NCBI GenBank assembly: GCA_026770705.1
Contig: JANJGN010000035.1
Location: 7,068,001 to 7,132,000 of the forward strand
DNA from: Isurus oxyrinchus
Taxonomy: Eukaryota
Length of the DNA: 64,000 bases
Direction of reading: 5' to 3'
Position 1 is the stretch's first letter, and each line of letters begins with the position of its first letter. This document shows, piece after piece, positions 27,530 to 39,524 of this stretch. The position numbers and the translations under genes were made by a program. Below the pieces are notes generated by a model. That model searched no databases and was not told the origin of the DNA. It saw only the letters and a list, made by a program, of their open reading frames with translations.

Positions 27530-27678
27530 AATCAAGAGGTGAATTCCCTACTAGCAAGTAAGTCCTGCAAGGAAAACGGGGACATCGTCGCACCTCACGA
27601 CCCCATGAACCAAACTCCTTGAAGAAAAGCTGCACAAAAGGTGTGCCGGTGATTTTGAAGGAATGAGACAAATATCCA
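27530..27678 (+). pseudogene. Exon B2 (149 nt) with a +1 frameshift
   Basis: ATCAG|AATCAAGAGGTG ... TCCA|GTGAGA. Reads NQEVNSLLASKSCKENGDIVAPHDPMNQTP*, and in the shifted frame LEEKLHKRCAGDFEGMRQIS. Confidence 0.72.
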
Positions 27679-29149
27679 GTGAGATTACATTTTCTTTCAG
27701 CTGGCTTAACCATCAGTATGATTGCACAATGCATCAGAAATCAGCGCATCGTTTCAGCCTCGTCTCGATATGTTGTAGTTTCCTGCTCCACTGGGAAGAT
27801 TAATTGAAACCTGTGCCGGTGATGTAGAGGATGTTAGGACGATTCAGACTTGACGACTTCACTGTGCACGAAAACTTACATTCAAGCATGATTCATTTAT
27901 ACCTTCTTCCCTTGCTTTCTACAAATTACACGCTATTGCATCAGTTGTCTGATTCTCATGAGATATTTGTTGGTATATGTTTAAGTTTCCTCCAAATATA
28001 GCCAAAATGTTACCTTTAAATAATATGAAAAAAAACATGGATACCATAAAATGGACAATCGCAAGTGGCACCACGTTATATTGACGCAATTTTTGCCGAA
28101 GCTGCTCTGATGCTCCGCTCTGATTCTGCTGAAAATTCGTTCCCTCAGCCATCCAACAGAACACTCCAACACACAGTATTTGTACCTTGCATCCTTTCTT
28201 CAGTCATTATTACCATCATTTGAAAGCATGTTGATCAAAAGCAATTGTCACTTTCATGAGCACTATTGAAACATTGGACAGCAGAATATGTCGATTTAGG
28301 CTCTTGTGTTAACCACTCCACTAATGTATGTACGCAATGATTGATTATGTCAGAAAGCCCCCATCTTCTCAGGTTATGGCACAGGGGTTTATGGTTTTTA
28401 TTAATTCTGCAAACACACACTATGAAACTGTGGGATCAGGGAATTCAAGCAAATATGAAGCTAAGAATTGCGAGCATGAACCCGCCATTTTCGTTTTTGG
28501 TGAGGCATTGCGCACAAATATTGCTGCTTTAATGCCTCCAGTCAGCCATGCCGACCACCTACTAAACTGCCTCAAATCGGGAGAGATTATGGACTTTGCT
28601 ATACTCAAATTTGGAGCACGCACAAATTTGGTGGTTAGAAAATTACAAAGTTATCCATCCCTCTGAATGAGTAAATGTCATCTAATCGCACTCACTAATA
28701 TTTGTCCTAACTGAATTTTTTTCTTTACTGCCTAAGTGTTCCACGTATTTACACAGAGTAAAGGATTCTCTTCCCCCCTACTCTGCCACCGTCCGTAAAA
28801 TATTGAAAGCCTGAACTCGTTCCTTTCACATTCTCCCTAACCTTAACAACGCATAGCCCCAACTCAATTAGGCTCTCAAAGTCCGGAAACACAACCCTTA
28901 CTGGAATGAAGCTTGTGAAGATTTTCTATGACACATTCGAAGTAACTGAATGGCTGTGTGCACATGGGGAAAGTAAAACTGTGCACATTACACAATATAT
29001 TATTTTGGCAAAACACGACATAATTTATGCAAGAGCGCCTAATCTTTCAACTTTAGACCCCTTTTTATGAAGGCCAGCCTGTCCTTATTTAGCCAATTGA
29101 TCTCTTTATCTGCTTCTAAACGCCCGCTCCTACTTGTATGATAACTGGC

Positions 29150-29560
29150 ACGACTAGCCCCAACATTTAAAATCTCCCTCACTGCCATCACCTCCTCAAC
29201 CCATCTGTCCTCCCCACTCCAGAATGCACTGTAACTTACCGACAGACCTTCACTTCCTCAGCGAGTACCGAATCCATAAATTCACTTCCGAAAACCCAAA
29301 GCACAAATTAATAAATTAAACCATGACACCTTCTTCCCCTTCATTGATCCACCCATCAACGTGGAGCTCCACCTCTGAAAACCCCTTTAATAAGCACAGC
29401 CACATATTACCCGATCCCCACACCAAATAGTCGGAAACCACATTTTCCAACACTTCACTGGTTACTCGAGATTCAACAGACTCTCCATGACCATCGAGAC
29501 TCCCCACCCACCCAAATCCATCCTGCACTTCAACAACACTGATCATTTAGCTCATAGACC
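29150..29560. repeat. C/A-rich strand-skewed low-complexity tract (copy 3)
   Basis: C/A-dominated + strand, upstream of the CACTTCCAGTTAA anchor (~29784). Confidence 0.55.
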
Positions 29561-30690
29561 TTATCAGGATCTAATCAAAACGGCTTGAATATTAAAATTC
29601 ACTCCTTCACTGCAATTCCTGCGGAAAACTGATGCCCACCTTGGATGTATATCATCTCTGAACACCCGGATATGTAAAATCTTAGCTAATATCTTCCTTA
29701 CTTCTCTTCAATTTCTTATTCCAAATGAATATTTCAACAGGATCGGTCTCCAGGGTAACAATAATTATTTTAGTAATGTTCCTCACTTCCAGTTAATTGT
29801 AACACTTCGAGCGATTATTTGTTTTTTTCCTCGCGTGATGCATCTCATTTTTTGTGATGACTTCTCTTGTGCTTCTTTTCTGCTTTCTCAAAAAATCCAA
29901 TGCTCAACCTCCCTATTATGCTTCTTGGCAGTGATTCTAATTTCCTTCTCAATCATTTTTATTCAGTGCTTTTTACTGATGATGTGCTTAACTTCACGAA
30001 CAACCGATGGAATCATAGATGGTTTTTCATTTCAACGTGTTTTTTGGCTGGATTTATTGAATATTGACGTTTTACATGCAAAGTAACGATTTTGCTTACG
30101 ATCATAATGTCGTGGCTCTTAATAATCATGCGTAGCAACAATTTTTGCATAGATATTTACCTCTAAGACTCGTTAATCTGATTAGAAACAAGATGATCTA
30201 ATCGAAAATATTAATTCATAATAACACATTGAAAATTAACTACAACACATAATTTGTGATCACTGTTATTGATAGTTTGTGCTGTTTGGCACAATTTTTT
30301 TAAGCTTATTGTCCTTATTTTGCTTGATTTTGTTTGCAACGTTTATCTTCCCATGCATTTAATGTCGTTTAGGTGGGGTATCCAAACTGCCGTGCATTCA
30401 GTTTGAAGGAAATTCGGTTCATTGACAGATCAGTACATTAAGCAAACAGATCAGCGATTTTATCAATGATGTTTAGATTTATGTATTGGCAGATGGAAGG
30501 ACATGAAGCATCCTCAAAAACACACAAAATAGAGATACTGTGAATAATGCAATTATGTCAGTTGTTTGTCATTCACTCCGTTTTAGGAATTAATTGATAT
30601 ACATCGTCTGAATAACTAATTCAACTCATAATGCTTTCTGGGCTATTGTAAGAACTTCGATGTTTTGAGTCCAATTCTATTTTATAATAG

Positions 30691-30860
30691 ACGATAATAT
30701 CTCGCTTAAAATAAATGGTTTGAAAGGTGTTCAGACTCATGATTCTCATGAAGCTGAATTATATCATAAGAGTATGCATTCTCAAATAAGTGAAGAACCG
30801 GCAGTTACGACAAGTATAGATGGTCTTCAAGAAATTCTCCCCAGTCAAACAGAAAATGAG
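30691..30860 (+). pseudogene. Exon A3 (170 nt), open frame but donor mutated GT->AT
   Basis: TAATAG|AC GAT AAT... reads DNISLKINGLKGVQTHDSHEAELYHKSMHSQISEEPAVTTSIDGLQEILPSQTENE, then GAAAATGAG|ATATAT. Confidence 0.7.
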
Positions 30861-31715
30861 ATATATTTTGGTTTAACATAGGTCGTTAATTACGTTAAAA
30901 TTGGTGGAGGACTTTTTCTGCAATTCGTAATTAAGAGTATTTGAGTAGAATTGTGAATTCAACCACGTTACCAAATTTAGGCTTAAGTGCTGCTCAGTCA
31001 TTAATTTCTAGTAGTTACTTTCACCACCGTCTTTTGCATCACCACTGCATACACTGGACAGTGAATGATTCGAATAATGACATTGTTTGATTTGATACTA
31101 ACGGTCAACAGCCCCTGCACTTCGATAGCGATGAGGCATATATGGATAGCATCAATATAACATCGAATACACTTTGTGGAGGAATCCACTCATCCTCCCA
31201 ACATGATCTATGATAATGTACTGCAAATGTATCCACTTCATATCCCTTTCACACTGAAACTCCTATTGTGGCACCGTTTTCCAAGCTATGACGAATTGAA
31301 CCATCGCAAACATTTTACCTGATATTATTCCCTTATTACTTATCAGATCTTTAAGTCTATTTTGCTTGTTCTTCTGCAAAACCAGCTAATGAGCATCCAG
31401 TCTACTTTACCCATCTTACCTAAAACTGTCATAATAGTTCATGCCTCTCATGATAGAGCAATCTCTTTTACACCAATGAAAATAATCTACGCATCTCCAA
31501 GGTAGATTTTATATTATATTCAACCATCCCTTGAACAAAGTTTAAATTTCCTCGACACCTTTTCAAGTGCCTTCAATCCTTCCCAAGAATAGTTTCACTG
31601 AAATATATGCAGTATACTACTTGAAAGCAAACTAGACATTTCTTGCTTTCATGAAAGCACCACGGGTTTTTGTATTCAATGCTTCTATGTGTGATGTGCA
31701 GCATTCCCATATTCT

Positions 31716-33053
31716 CAGTTCCTTCACCTTCGTTGCATATGTTCCGATGATGCTACCTTCAAAAACGGTTCCTCTGACATGTCCTCCTTCTTCCTTAACC
31801 TAGGTATTCCACCCACGGTCGTTGACAGGGCCCTCAACCGTGTCCGGCCCATCTCCCGTGCATCTGCCCTCATGCCTTCTCCTTCCTCCCAGAAACATGA
31901 TAGGGTCCCCCTTGTCCTCACTTATCACCCCACCAGCCTGCGCACTCAAAGGATCATCAACCGCCATTTCCTGCAACTCCAGCATGATGCCACCACCAAA
32001 CACATCTTCCCTTCACCCCCCTTGTCGGCATTCCGTAGGGATCGCTCCCTCCGGGACACCCTGGTCCACTCCTCCATCACCCCCTACTCCTCAACCCCCT
32101 CCTATGGCACCACCCCATGCCCACGCAAAAGATGTAACACCTGCCCCTTCACTTCCTCTCTCCACACCGTCCAAGGGCCCAAACACTCCTTTCAAGTGAA
32201 GCAGCATTTCACTTGAATTTCCCCCAACTTAGTCTACTGCATTCGTTGCTCCCAATGTGGTCTCCTCTACATTGGAGAGACCAAACCTAAACTGGGCGAC
32301 CGCTTTGCAGAACACCTGCTGTCTGTCCGCAAGAATGACCCAAACCTCCCTGTCGCTTTCCATTGTAACACTCCACCCTGCTCCCTGGCCCACATGTCTG
32401 TCCTTGGCTTGCTGCTTTGTTCCAGTGAAGCCCAATGCAAACTGGAGGAACAACATCTCATCTTCCGACGAGGCACCTTACAGCCTTCCGGACTGATTAT
32501 TGAATTCAACAACTTTAGGTCGTGAGCTCCCTCCCCCATCCCCACCCCCTTTCTGTTTCCCCCTCTTTTTTCCCAATAAATTATATAGATTTTTCTTTTC
32601 CCACCTAATTCCATTATTTTTAAATATTTTAAAATCTTTTATGCTCCCTCCACCCCCACTAGAGCTGTAACTTGAGTGCCCTACCATCTATTCTTAATTA
32701 GCACATTCGCTTAGATAATATCACCAACTTTAACTTTAACACCTATATGTTCCATTGTACCATTGTCGCTGACATCTTTTGATGATCTGCTTCTATCAAT
32801 GCTTGTTTTGTCCACACAACCACACCCCTCCCCACCTCTCTCTCTCTCTATCTCTCCGCCCCCCTCACACACACCTTAAACTAACTTATATTTCAACTCT
32901 TTCTTGGACTCGAAATCAAGTTCTGTCGAAGGGTCATGAGGACTGGAAACGTCAAATCTTTTCTTCTCCCCCGATGCTGCCAGACCTGCTGAGTTTTTCC
33001 AGGTAATTCTGTTTTTCTTTTGGATTTCCAGCATCCGCAGTTTTTTTGTTTTT
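31716..33053 (+). mobile_element. Young 5'-truncated Penelope-like retroelement (Cys-rich linker + GIY-YIG endonuclease), 13-bp TSD
   Basis: ORF 31779-32216 (RVPLVLTYHP...AFRRDRSLRDTLVHS...CPRKRCNTC) continues past a single TGA into NLVYCIRCSQCGLLYIGET...RFAEH...LEEQHLIF..GTLQPSGL. ATTCCCATATTCT flanks it at 31703-31715 and 33054-33066. Confidence 0.93.
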
Positions 33054-35357
33054 ATTCCCATATTCTTGCCTAATTGCTCTTTTAATGAGCCCTGCCAACT
33101 TCTCTGTCATGCAGCTAAACTAAGAGACCCCTCTGCCGCTGCATGCTGGTTAGAAATGTGCAAAATAATTTCTCAGTCTGTCATTGCTACCAAAATGCAT
33201 CTCCTAACAATCCTCACTATTAAATTTCAACTGCCTCAAGCCTTCGATTCATGTGCGGCTCAGTCCTGTTGCGACTCTTTCTATGTACTACACTTGTAGC
33301 ATTACTTAAAAAAAAAATGTTTCTTACCTGCATGCCACTACATGCCTCCATGTCAACTAATCCTATTCAAATTGATAATTACAATTCTTTACCATGAACC
33401 GTGATTTTCTTAACCGTTATTTAAGCTGGTATCAAGTAATCAATGCCATTAGCAAATCCCATTGGCTTCTATAAATTTGTGCTCGAAAGGCTAAATTAAT
33501 TGAAGTCTCTTCGAGTGTTTGTCAGTTTGTTCATAATTATAATATCAAAACCGTTCATGCCAGCGACACTAAATGAAATAAACAGTTGTTACTAGATATA
33601 ACGATACACATGTTTCTGATGAAGCAAATAACATGTGACATTTTTCACATGCATAGAGAGCATAGCCTACTACCTATAAGTAGATTGCAGATGGACAGTG
33701 AAATAGACAGTTATTTGCCCTAAGCATAGCTCCATTCAAGAACATTTTCTCTTTCAATTTTATAACGAGCAGTTCCCCTAAACAGCTCCACTTCTGAAGA
33801 CATTCATTTCAAGGACATTTTCCTAAGAAAACACCGAAAAATGTACGAATTATATAAGCTCAATCTGCTATCAACCTCCATGCATATATAATGTTTTTTT
33901 TTTCCCCCGCGCATCGCCCTGCAAAGATTCTAACAAACTTTTGCCAATTTGCATGTTCTAAGAACATTTTTCTCTCCCGTTTGCGCTCATGTTAAAAGTC
34001 ACCTAAATCGAATATTATTTCTACACATTATTCCAACATACCCTTGACTTTCACTCTCAACTTTTGCATTTGGCCTCCTTCTCGCTTGCAAAATTGATCT
34101 GGTATGCCTGCTAGGCACTTTCGTTTCATTATGGTACGACGTTTTAGTTTTGGACATCAGTATCCGTTATTTTTTTACTCGGTGCTGATTCCCCTTCAAG
34201 CCAGAGATGTATCATTCTTCAAACGTATAAGCTCCACTCCCCAATGTATCTTCATTTTCTCCATCACTTTTTTGAACATATAATACAATGGGAAACGTAA
34301 ACTACTGGTTCCCCGACAGGGAACTGGTCCCAATGGCGCACTTCATTCCCAGAAGCAGTAGCCCCGGCCATATTACCTTCATAGTTGGAGTAAAAATACT
34401 TTGATGAAAATTGTCCAAACCAACACATATTTGTGGTTTTCATAACACTGATCCCGCTTCCACATCTTCTTCCACAAGAAGATCTAAAATATCATTGACA
34501 ATATATAGTAATAAAGAAAATATATTGTTTTTACAGCTCACGCCGCACCCATACACATTGCAGATTGTAAAATAAAAAAAAAACAACAGAGCCAAACTTT
34601 CAGTTCAGATTATTCGAAAAATTATCCAGGATTAGCATACGGAAAAAAGGCTGAGCCCAATCCAAGTATTTTGTACGCGTTCCAAACATGGAGTTATACC
34701 CAGTGCGCCAATTATAAAGAAAAACAATATTATGGTCAATTATCACAGTATCACCATTCAGAACTCTTAAAACGTGTTTGTGTCATGGCACTTCGAACTT
34801 ATTGTGCATTCAACTTGATTCCAGTGTTTAATCACAATCACATGCACTTTCCTTTCTTGCGAACCTGTTTTTGGCTAAGCTATTTGCGACTATGAATACT
34901 TCAGATTCCCGTTCAGTCCGACTGATTCAGTTAATCTTCCAGCTTTCTTCTCCCCATGCTTTTGCATTGATTGATTACACTTAAAACCCGCTGGTGTTTT
35001 TGTTGTCTCTGCTTCTGAGTTCCATGCAACAAACTGTTTAAAAAATATATGCAACAATTATTTTAAAATCTCTTCCTCAGAAAGCACAAATATATCTATA
35101 GCGATTTTCAGCATTTTATGAACTCTGCGATAACATTTTAATTAATTAATTTTATCAATCACTTTGTTTCAATCATTGCTATTAACGTTAGTATATTGTT
35201 AATTGGGTCTGCCCATATTTACCTTCACTATCATGCATCCTGTATGTTGAGATTTTAAGTAGTTTTGCCTACCAATAACCTGGAATTGCGCTAATCAGCG
35301 TGCTGATAAACTGACAATTTAATGTTAATATGCATTTTAGAATCTTGCGATTAACAG

Positions 35358-35492
35358 AATCAACAGGTGAAATCTCTTTTCCTCAAACTAAGTCCTGCAT
35401 GGAAAACAGCGAGACCAGCATAAATGATGGTCCAGAAGAAAAGCAGCAAGAGCAGAAAACCAACGATTTTGAAGTAATCAGACAAGTATCCC
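35358..35492 (+). pseudogene. Exon B3 (135 nt); indels convert it to an open phase 1->1 exon
   Basis: AACAG|AATCAACAGGTG ... TCCC|GTGAGA. Open as ESTGEISFPQTKSCMENSETSINDGPEEKQQEQKTNDFEVIRQVS; clearly paralogous to B1 (NDGPEEKQQE). Confidence 0.72.
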
Positions 35493-36132
35493 GTGAGATT
35501 ATGTTTTCTTTGGACCAGCAAAAATATCCGCATCATTTTAGTCTCGTCTCATTCTGCTGTAGTTTTCGGCTCCAATGAGAAATTTAATTGAATCTGTAAC
35601 GGTGTCATAGAGAATGTTATACATGACTGGGCGATTCAGACTTGAGGACTTGAAAGCTTACATTCAAGAATGCTTTACTCTATCCCTCCCCTATTGCTAT
35701 TAACAGTTAACAGCCTATTGCATCAGGTTGCCTGATTCTCAAGAGCCATTTGTCGGTGCATGATTATGCTTCCTCGAAGGATGACCACACGGTTATATTT
35801 CTTCTATAAAATGAAGTAGAACATGAACACCACACAGCGTGCATTCACCAGGTGGCAGTCAGTTAAGTCCATGGAATTATTGGCAAAGCTGATCAAATAT
35901 TTCTCTCTGATTCTCTTTATACTTGGTTCCCGGACTCTTCCTACAGACACTGCACTGCACTGTAATTATAACGTGTAACCTTTCGTCACTTGTTATCACC
36001 ATCCTTCCAAACGACATGAATCAGACTCAACAGTCCCTTTTGAGATCCATATTCAAACGTTCGACAGCACAAAGCGGCTGAAAAACCTCATGTGCTTTCC
36101 GCTCCACGAATTTAGGTGAACGAGGATCGCTA

Positions 36133-38900
36133 TGATGTAGATTATCAGCTCCTGGGAATTTAACGGCCATCAGTGCCATCAATTCCCCCAACCTGTTTCC
36201 CTGCTAATAATGATTTCTTTGACTTCCTCCCTCTCACTAAAATCTGTGTGCCACAACATTTTTGTTGTATTATTTGAGTTTTCCTTTGTGAAGCTTGGAG
36301 CAGAGTATGTATTTACTTATTTAGCCATTTCTGTGGTCCCCTTTATAGATTGCACTGTTTCCGAATGTTAGTGACGTACATTTGTCTTTCCCAATCTTTT
36401 TCACTTCAGATACGTATAGGACCGCCTACAGTCAGTTTTTGTGTTCTCAGCAAGCTTATGGTAGTAGTTTAATTTCCCGTTCTTAGTAAATTCCGTGTTG
36501 AACTCCAACCTACTCAGAATCTGAGAATTTTTATTTTTGTCAATGTGTATGCCTCTTCCTCGGTTCTAGCACTATCACTAATTTCCCTTGTAAGCCATGA
36601 CTGGGCTAGCATTTCTCTTTATTTATGCGCCATAAGGGAATACGCAAATTTTGTAATTCAACCGTAAACTCTTTGAAGGTTTGCCACTGCCTAACGACAG
36701 TCATCCATTTAAGTAACGTCTCCCAGTCCATCACAGCCAAATGGCACCTTATCTGAATGTAGTTTCCTAAGTTAAATTCGGGATCCCAGTCTCAGCATCA
36801 ACGACATCAGTCTGCATTTTGATGAATTATATCACATTATCTTTGCTCATACCCACGGGGCCTTGCACAACTTGATTGCCATTACTCCTTTCTCATTACA
36901 CAATAAAATGTCCAGGATGGCCGGTGCTCCATTTGATTTCTAAGGGTGTTGGTCCAGAATACCATCCCGTACACAATCCAGGAATACCCCCTCTACTTTA
37001 TTTTTGCTAATTTGTTTTGCCCAATGTAGATGAAGTATGTAGTCACCCATAAATATGGATGTTCCTGTACTGCATGCGTCTCTATGGTCCTGTTTAGTGC
37101 CAATCCGAACATGACCACTGCAGTTTAGGGGTCTATATAAAACTCCAAATAACGTTTTTGCCCTTTTGTGTTTCTCAGCTTTTTCTATACAGATACCACT
37201 TTGCAAGAGCTAATATCTTTCCTCACTCATGGTTAACTTCCTCCGGAACAGACAACTTCTCAGCCTTTTTCATTTTTGTTCCAATTTCCTAAAAACAAAA
37301 TTCTGCTGATGTTCAGCTGTTACCCTTCGTCAATCAGCAGCCTTATCTCGATAATCCCGATTATACCACACTTGTTCACATGTATTTGCGCCATTAATTC
37401 ATCCACTTTATTGCGAATGCTCCTCGTATAAAGGCAAAAAGCCTTCAGGCTTGACTTTTAAAAATTACTTGTCCCATTCCTACCATTTATCTCTAAGGAC
37501 CTGTATGATTCTTGCCCTTGATTTCTCTGCATAACACTTTTTTATGCCCCTTTATTTAATTTGCTCTTGTCCTTGATTCTCATTACTCTGATTCCTTGAA
37601 TAGGTTCCCATAAAAGCCTGCGCTTTTACATTCATAACCCCCAGTCACACTAGAAAATATTCCCCCCAAGGGCATGATTACCTGTCCTGCCTACCAGTAA
37701 TACATTGTGTTGTACTGGCCCCTTGGCCCCTCTTCCCACAAAAACGGGCCCAATGTCCCTGGAATCTGAAACCCTGCCCCTCACAAATCTCTTCAGCCGC
37801 ATACTTATCCGATATACCGTGTTATTTCTGCTCTGAGTAGCACGTGGCACTGGTATTAATCCTGAGATCACCACCTCCGAAGTCCAATTTTTCATATTTG
37901 TTTCTTGCTCCCTATATTCTGTTTTTCTGATTCATCCTCTTTTTACATTTGTACTGCTATATACCAGAGCTACTGGCTGTTCACCATCCGCCTTCAGGAT
38001 GTCCTGTAGTCGCTCAGAGGCATCGTTGACCTCAACACCAGAGATGAAGCATTGTATCCTGCAGTCTTGGTGTTGGCTTCCGAAAGTATTGGTGCTGTCT
38101 ATTCCACTTACAATTGAATACCTTATAACCATTGACTTGGCACAATTTTTACTCCTCCCCTTTGCAGCAAAGACAACTGTGGTGCAATGAATGTTGTTGT
38201 TGTTGCTTTCAACTGAGAGGACATTCCCCTCATCAGTATTCGATTTGGTATAGATTTTTTTTGCATAGGAATACCAAAATGAGATTCCTGCACTGCCTGT
38301 CTAGTCCTCTTTTTCTGCATGGTGGTCACCCATTTCCTTCCTGCTGTTGAGCATTAGGCTTGGTTGTGACCAGCTCTCTATCGGTGCTTTGGACGATGCC
38401 CTCCATTTTGCAGATGCACAACATTGTTCCCAGCTGCCGCTACAGCTCTGAAACCTGGTCTTTCAGGAGCTGCAGTTGTTAACACTTCCAGCAACATGCT
38501 GACAGCCACTGACATTGTTCCCCGCTTCCCACATAGAGCAGGAGCAGCACACCACGTCCTTAAGATCTCCTTCCATGACTTACTATTTTAAAATAAGTTA
38601 AACATTTCGGGAGAAACTTAAAATCAAATAAGATGAATTACACTCGGGCCCCTCTTTCTTGCTCCACGTTGTTACAAAATATCGACCTTCCAAACAATGA
38701 AGAGCAAAGTAAGATGTCAAAACTATAAGCAATATAAATAGTCATTACTTACCCATGCATACTCAAGGATCTCCTAATTCCCTCATCATCGAACTCCCAA
38801 AGCAGCAGTCCATTGCAGGGAGCGATACTGATTGCAGGACACTCTTCCCCCACTGCTTCAAGGTGATGCTGACAGCAGGACAGTCTTCCAGTAACATGTT
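36133..38900 (-). mobile_element. CR1-type LINE with 5' UTR, ORF1 and endonuclease but lacking RT and 3' end
   Basis: ORF1 start MEGDLKDVVCCSCSMWEAG at 38576 (-); esterase-like ORF1 pieces (ERLQDILKADGEQPV; SEVVISGLIPVPRA); endonuclease motif GVLYRPLN...MGDY. Confidence 0.88.
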
Positions 38901-39351
38901 TGAAATGACTCCAAAATGCTTGATTTGAGATTATTTTCCTTGAATTTCCGCGCAATATGGCACATTACTTTTGTCGGGCCATTGTACTCATTTTGCTTGA
39001 TTGCATTTGCAACATTCCCATTCGATTAAAATCGTTTAGATGCAGTAACTAATATGCTGTGCATTCCAATAAAAGGTTTTTCAATTTTAAAGGACAGTTT
39101 AATAGGTTAAGCGAACAGAAAGGCGATTATAACAACTCCATATAGTTTATGGACTGTCAAAATGAAATATAGTAAGCTAGCCAACCGGACAGACAGCAAA
39201 CAGAAATCACGAAATATAATGCACCTTAGTTATTTGACTTTTCCTTTTTTATGAACTATTTGATATTGTACAAGTGAATTTTTAGTTCGGCTTCCAATGT
39301 CTTGTTGGATAGAACAAAACCGATGTTTTTATTTCTAATTAGCTTTCATGG

Positions 39352-39524
39352 TGGAAGATAATACCGGATTTAACAGAAGGCAGTTGACAGACGCTCAGAC
39401 CCATCTTTCTAATGACCTGAAATTACATCATATTGGTAATCAATTTCAAACAAGCGAGGAACCTTCCGATAACTTCAGGGCAGAACGGCTACAAGAAATT
39501 CTATCCAGCCAAACAGAAGAAGAT
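39352..39524 (+). pseudogene. Exon A4 (173 nt), open frame, both ancestral splice sites lost
   Basis: CATGG replaces CATAG and GAAGAT|TT replaces AATGAG|GT. Reads EDNTGFNRRQLTDAQTHLSNDLKLHHIGNQFQTSEEPSDNFRAERLQEILSSQTEED; LQEIL.SQTE is shared with A3. Confidence 0.7.

Larger units (their letters stand above)
23230..29150 (+). repeat. Tandem duplication unit 2 (contains exons A2 and B2)
   Basis: Colinear with unit 1 across the A-B interval; A start to B start is 3361 bp versus 3393 bp in unit 1. Confidence 0.9.
29560..36132 (+). repeat. Tandem duplication unit 3 (contains A3, B3 and a Penelope insertion)
   Basis: Colinear anchors; A-B spacing of 4667 bp falls to 3316 bp after removing the 1351-bp insertion (element plus one TSD copy). 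Confidence 0.9.
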
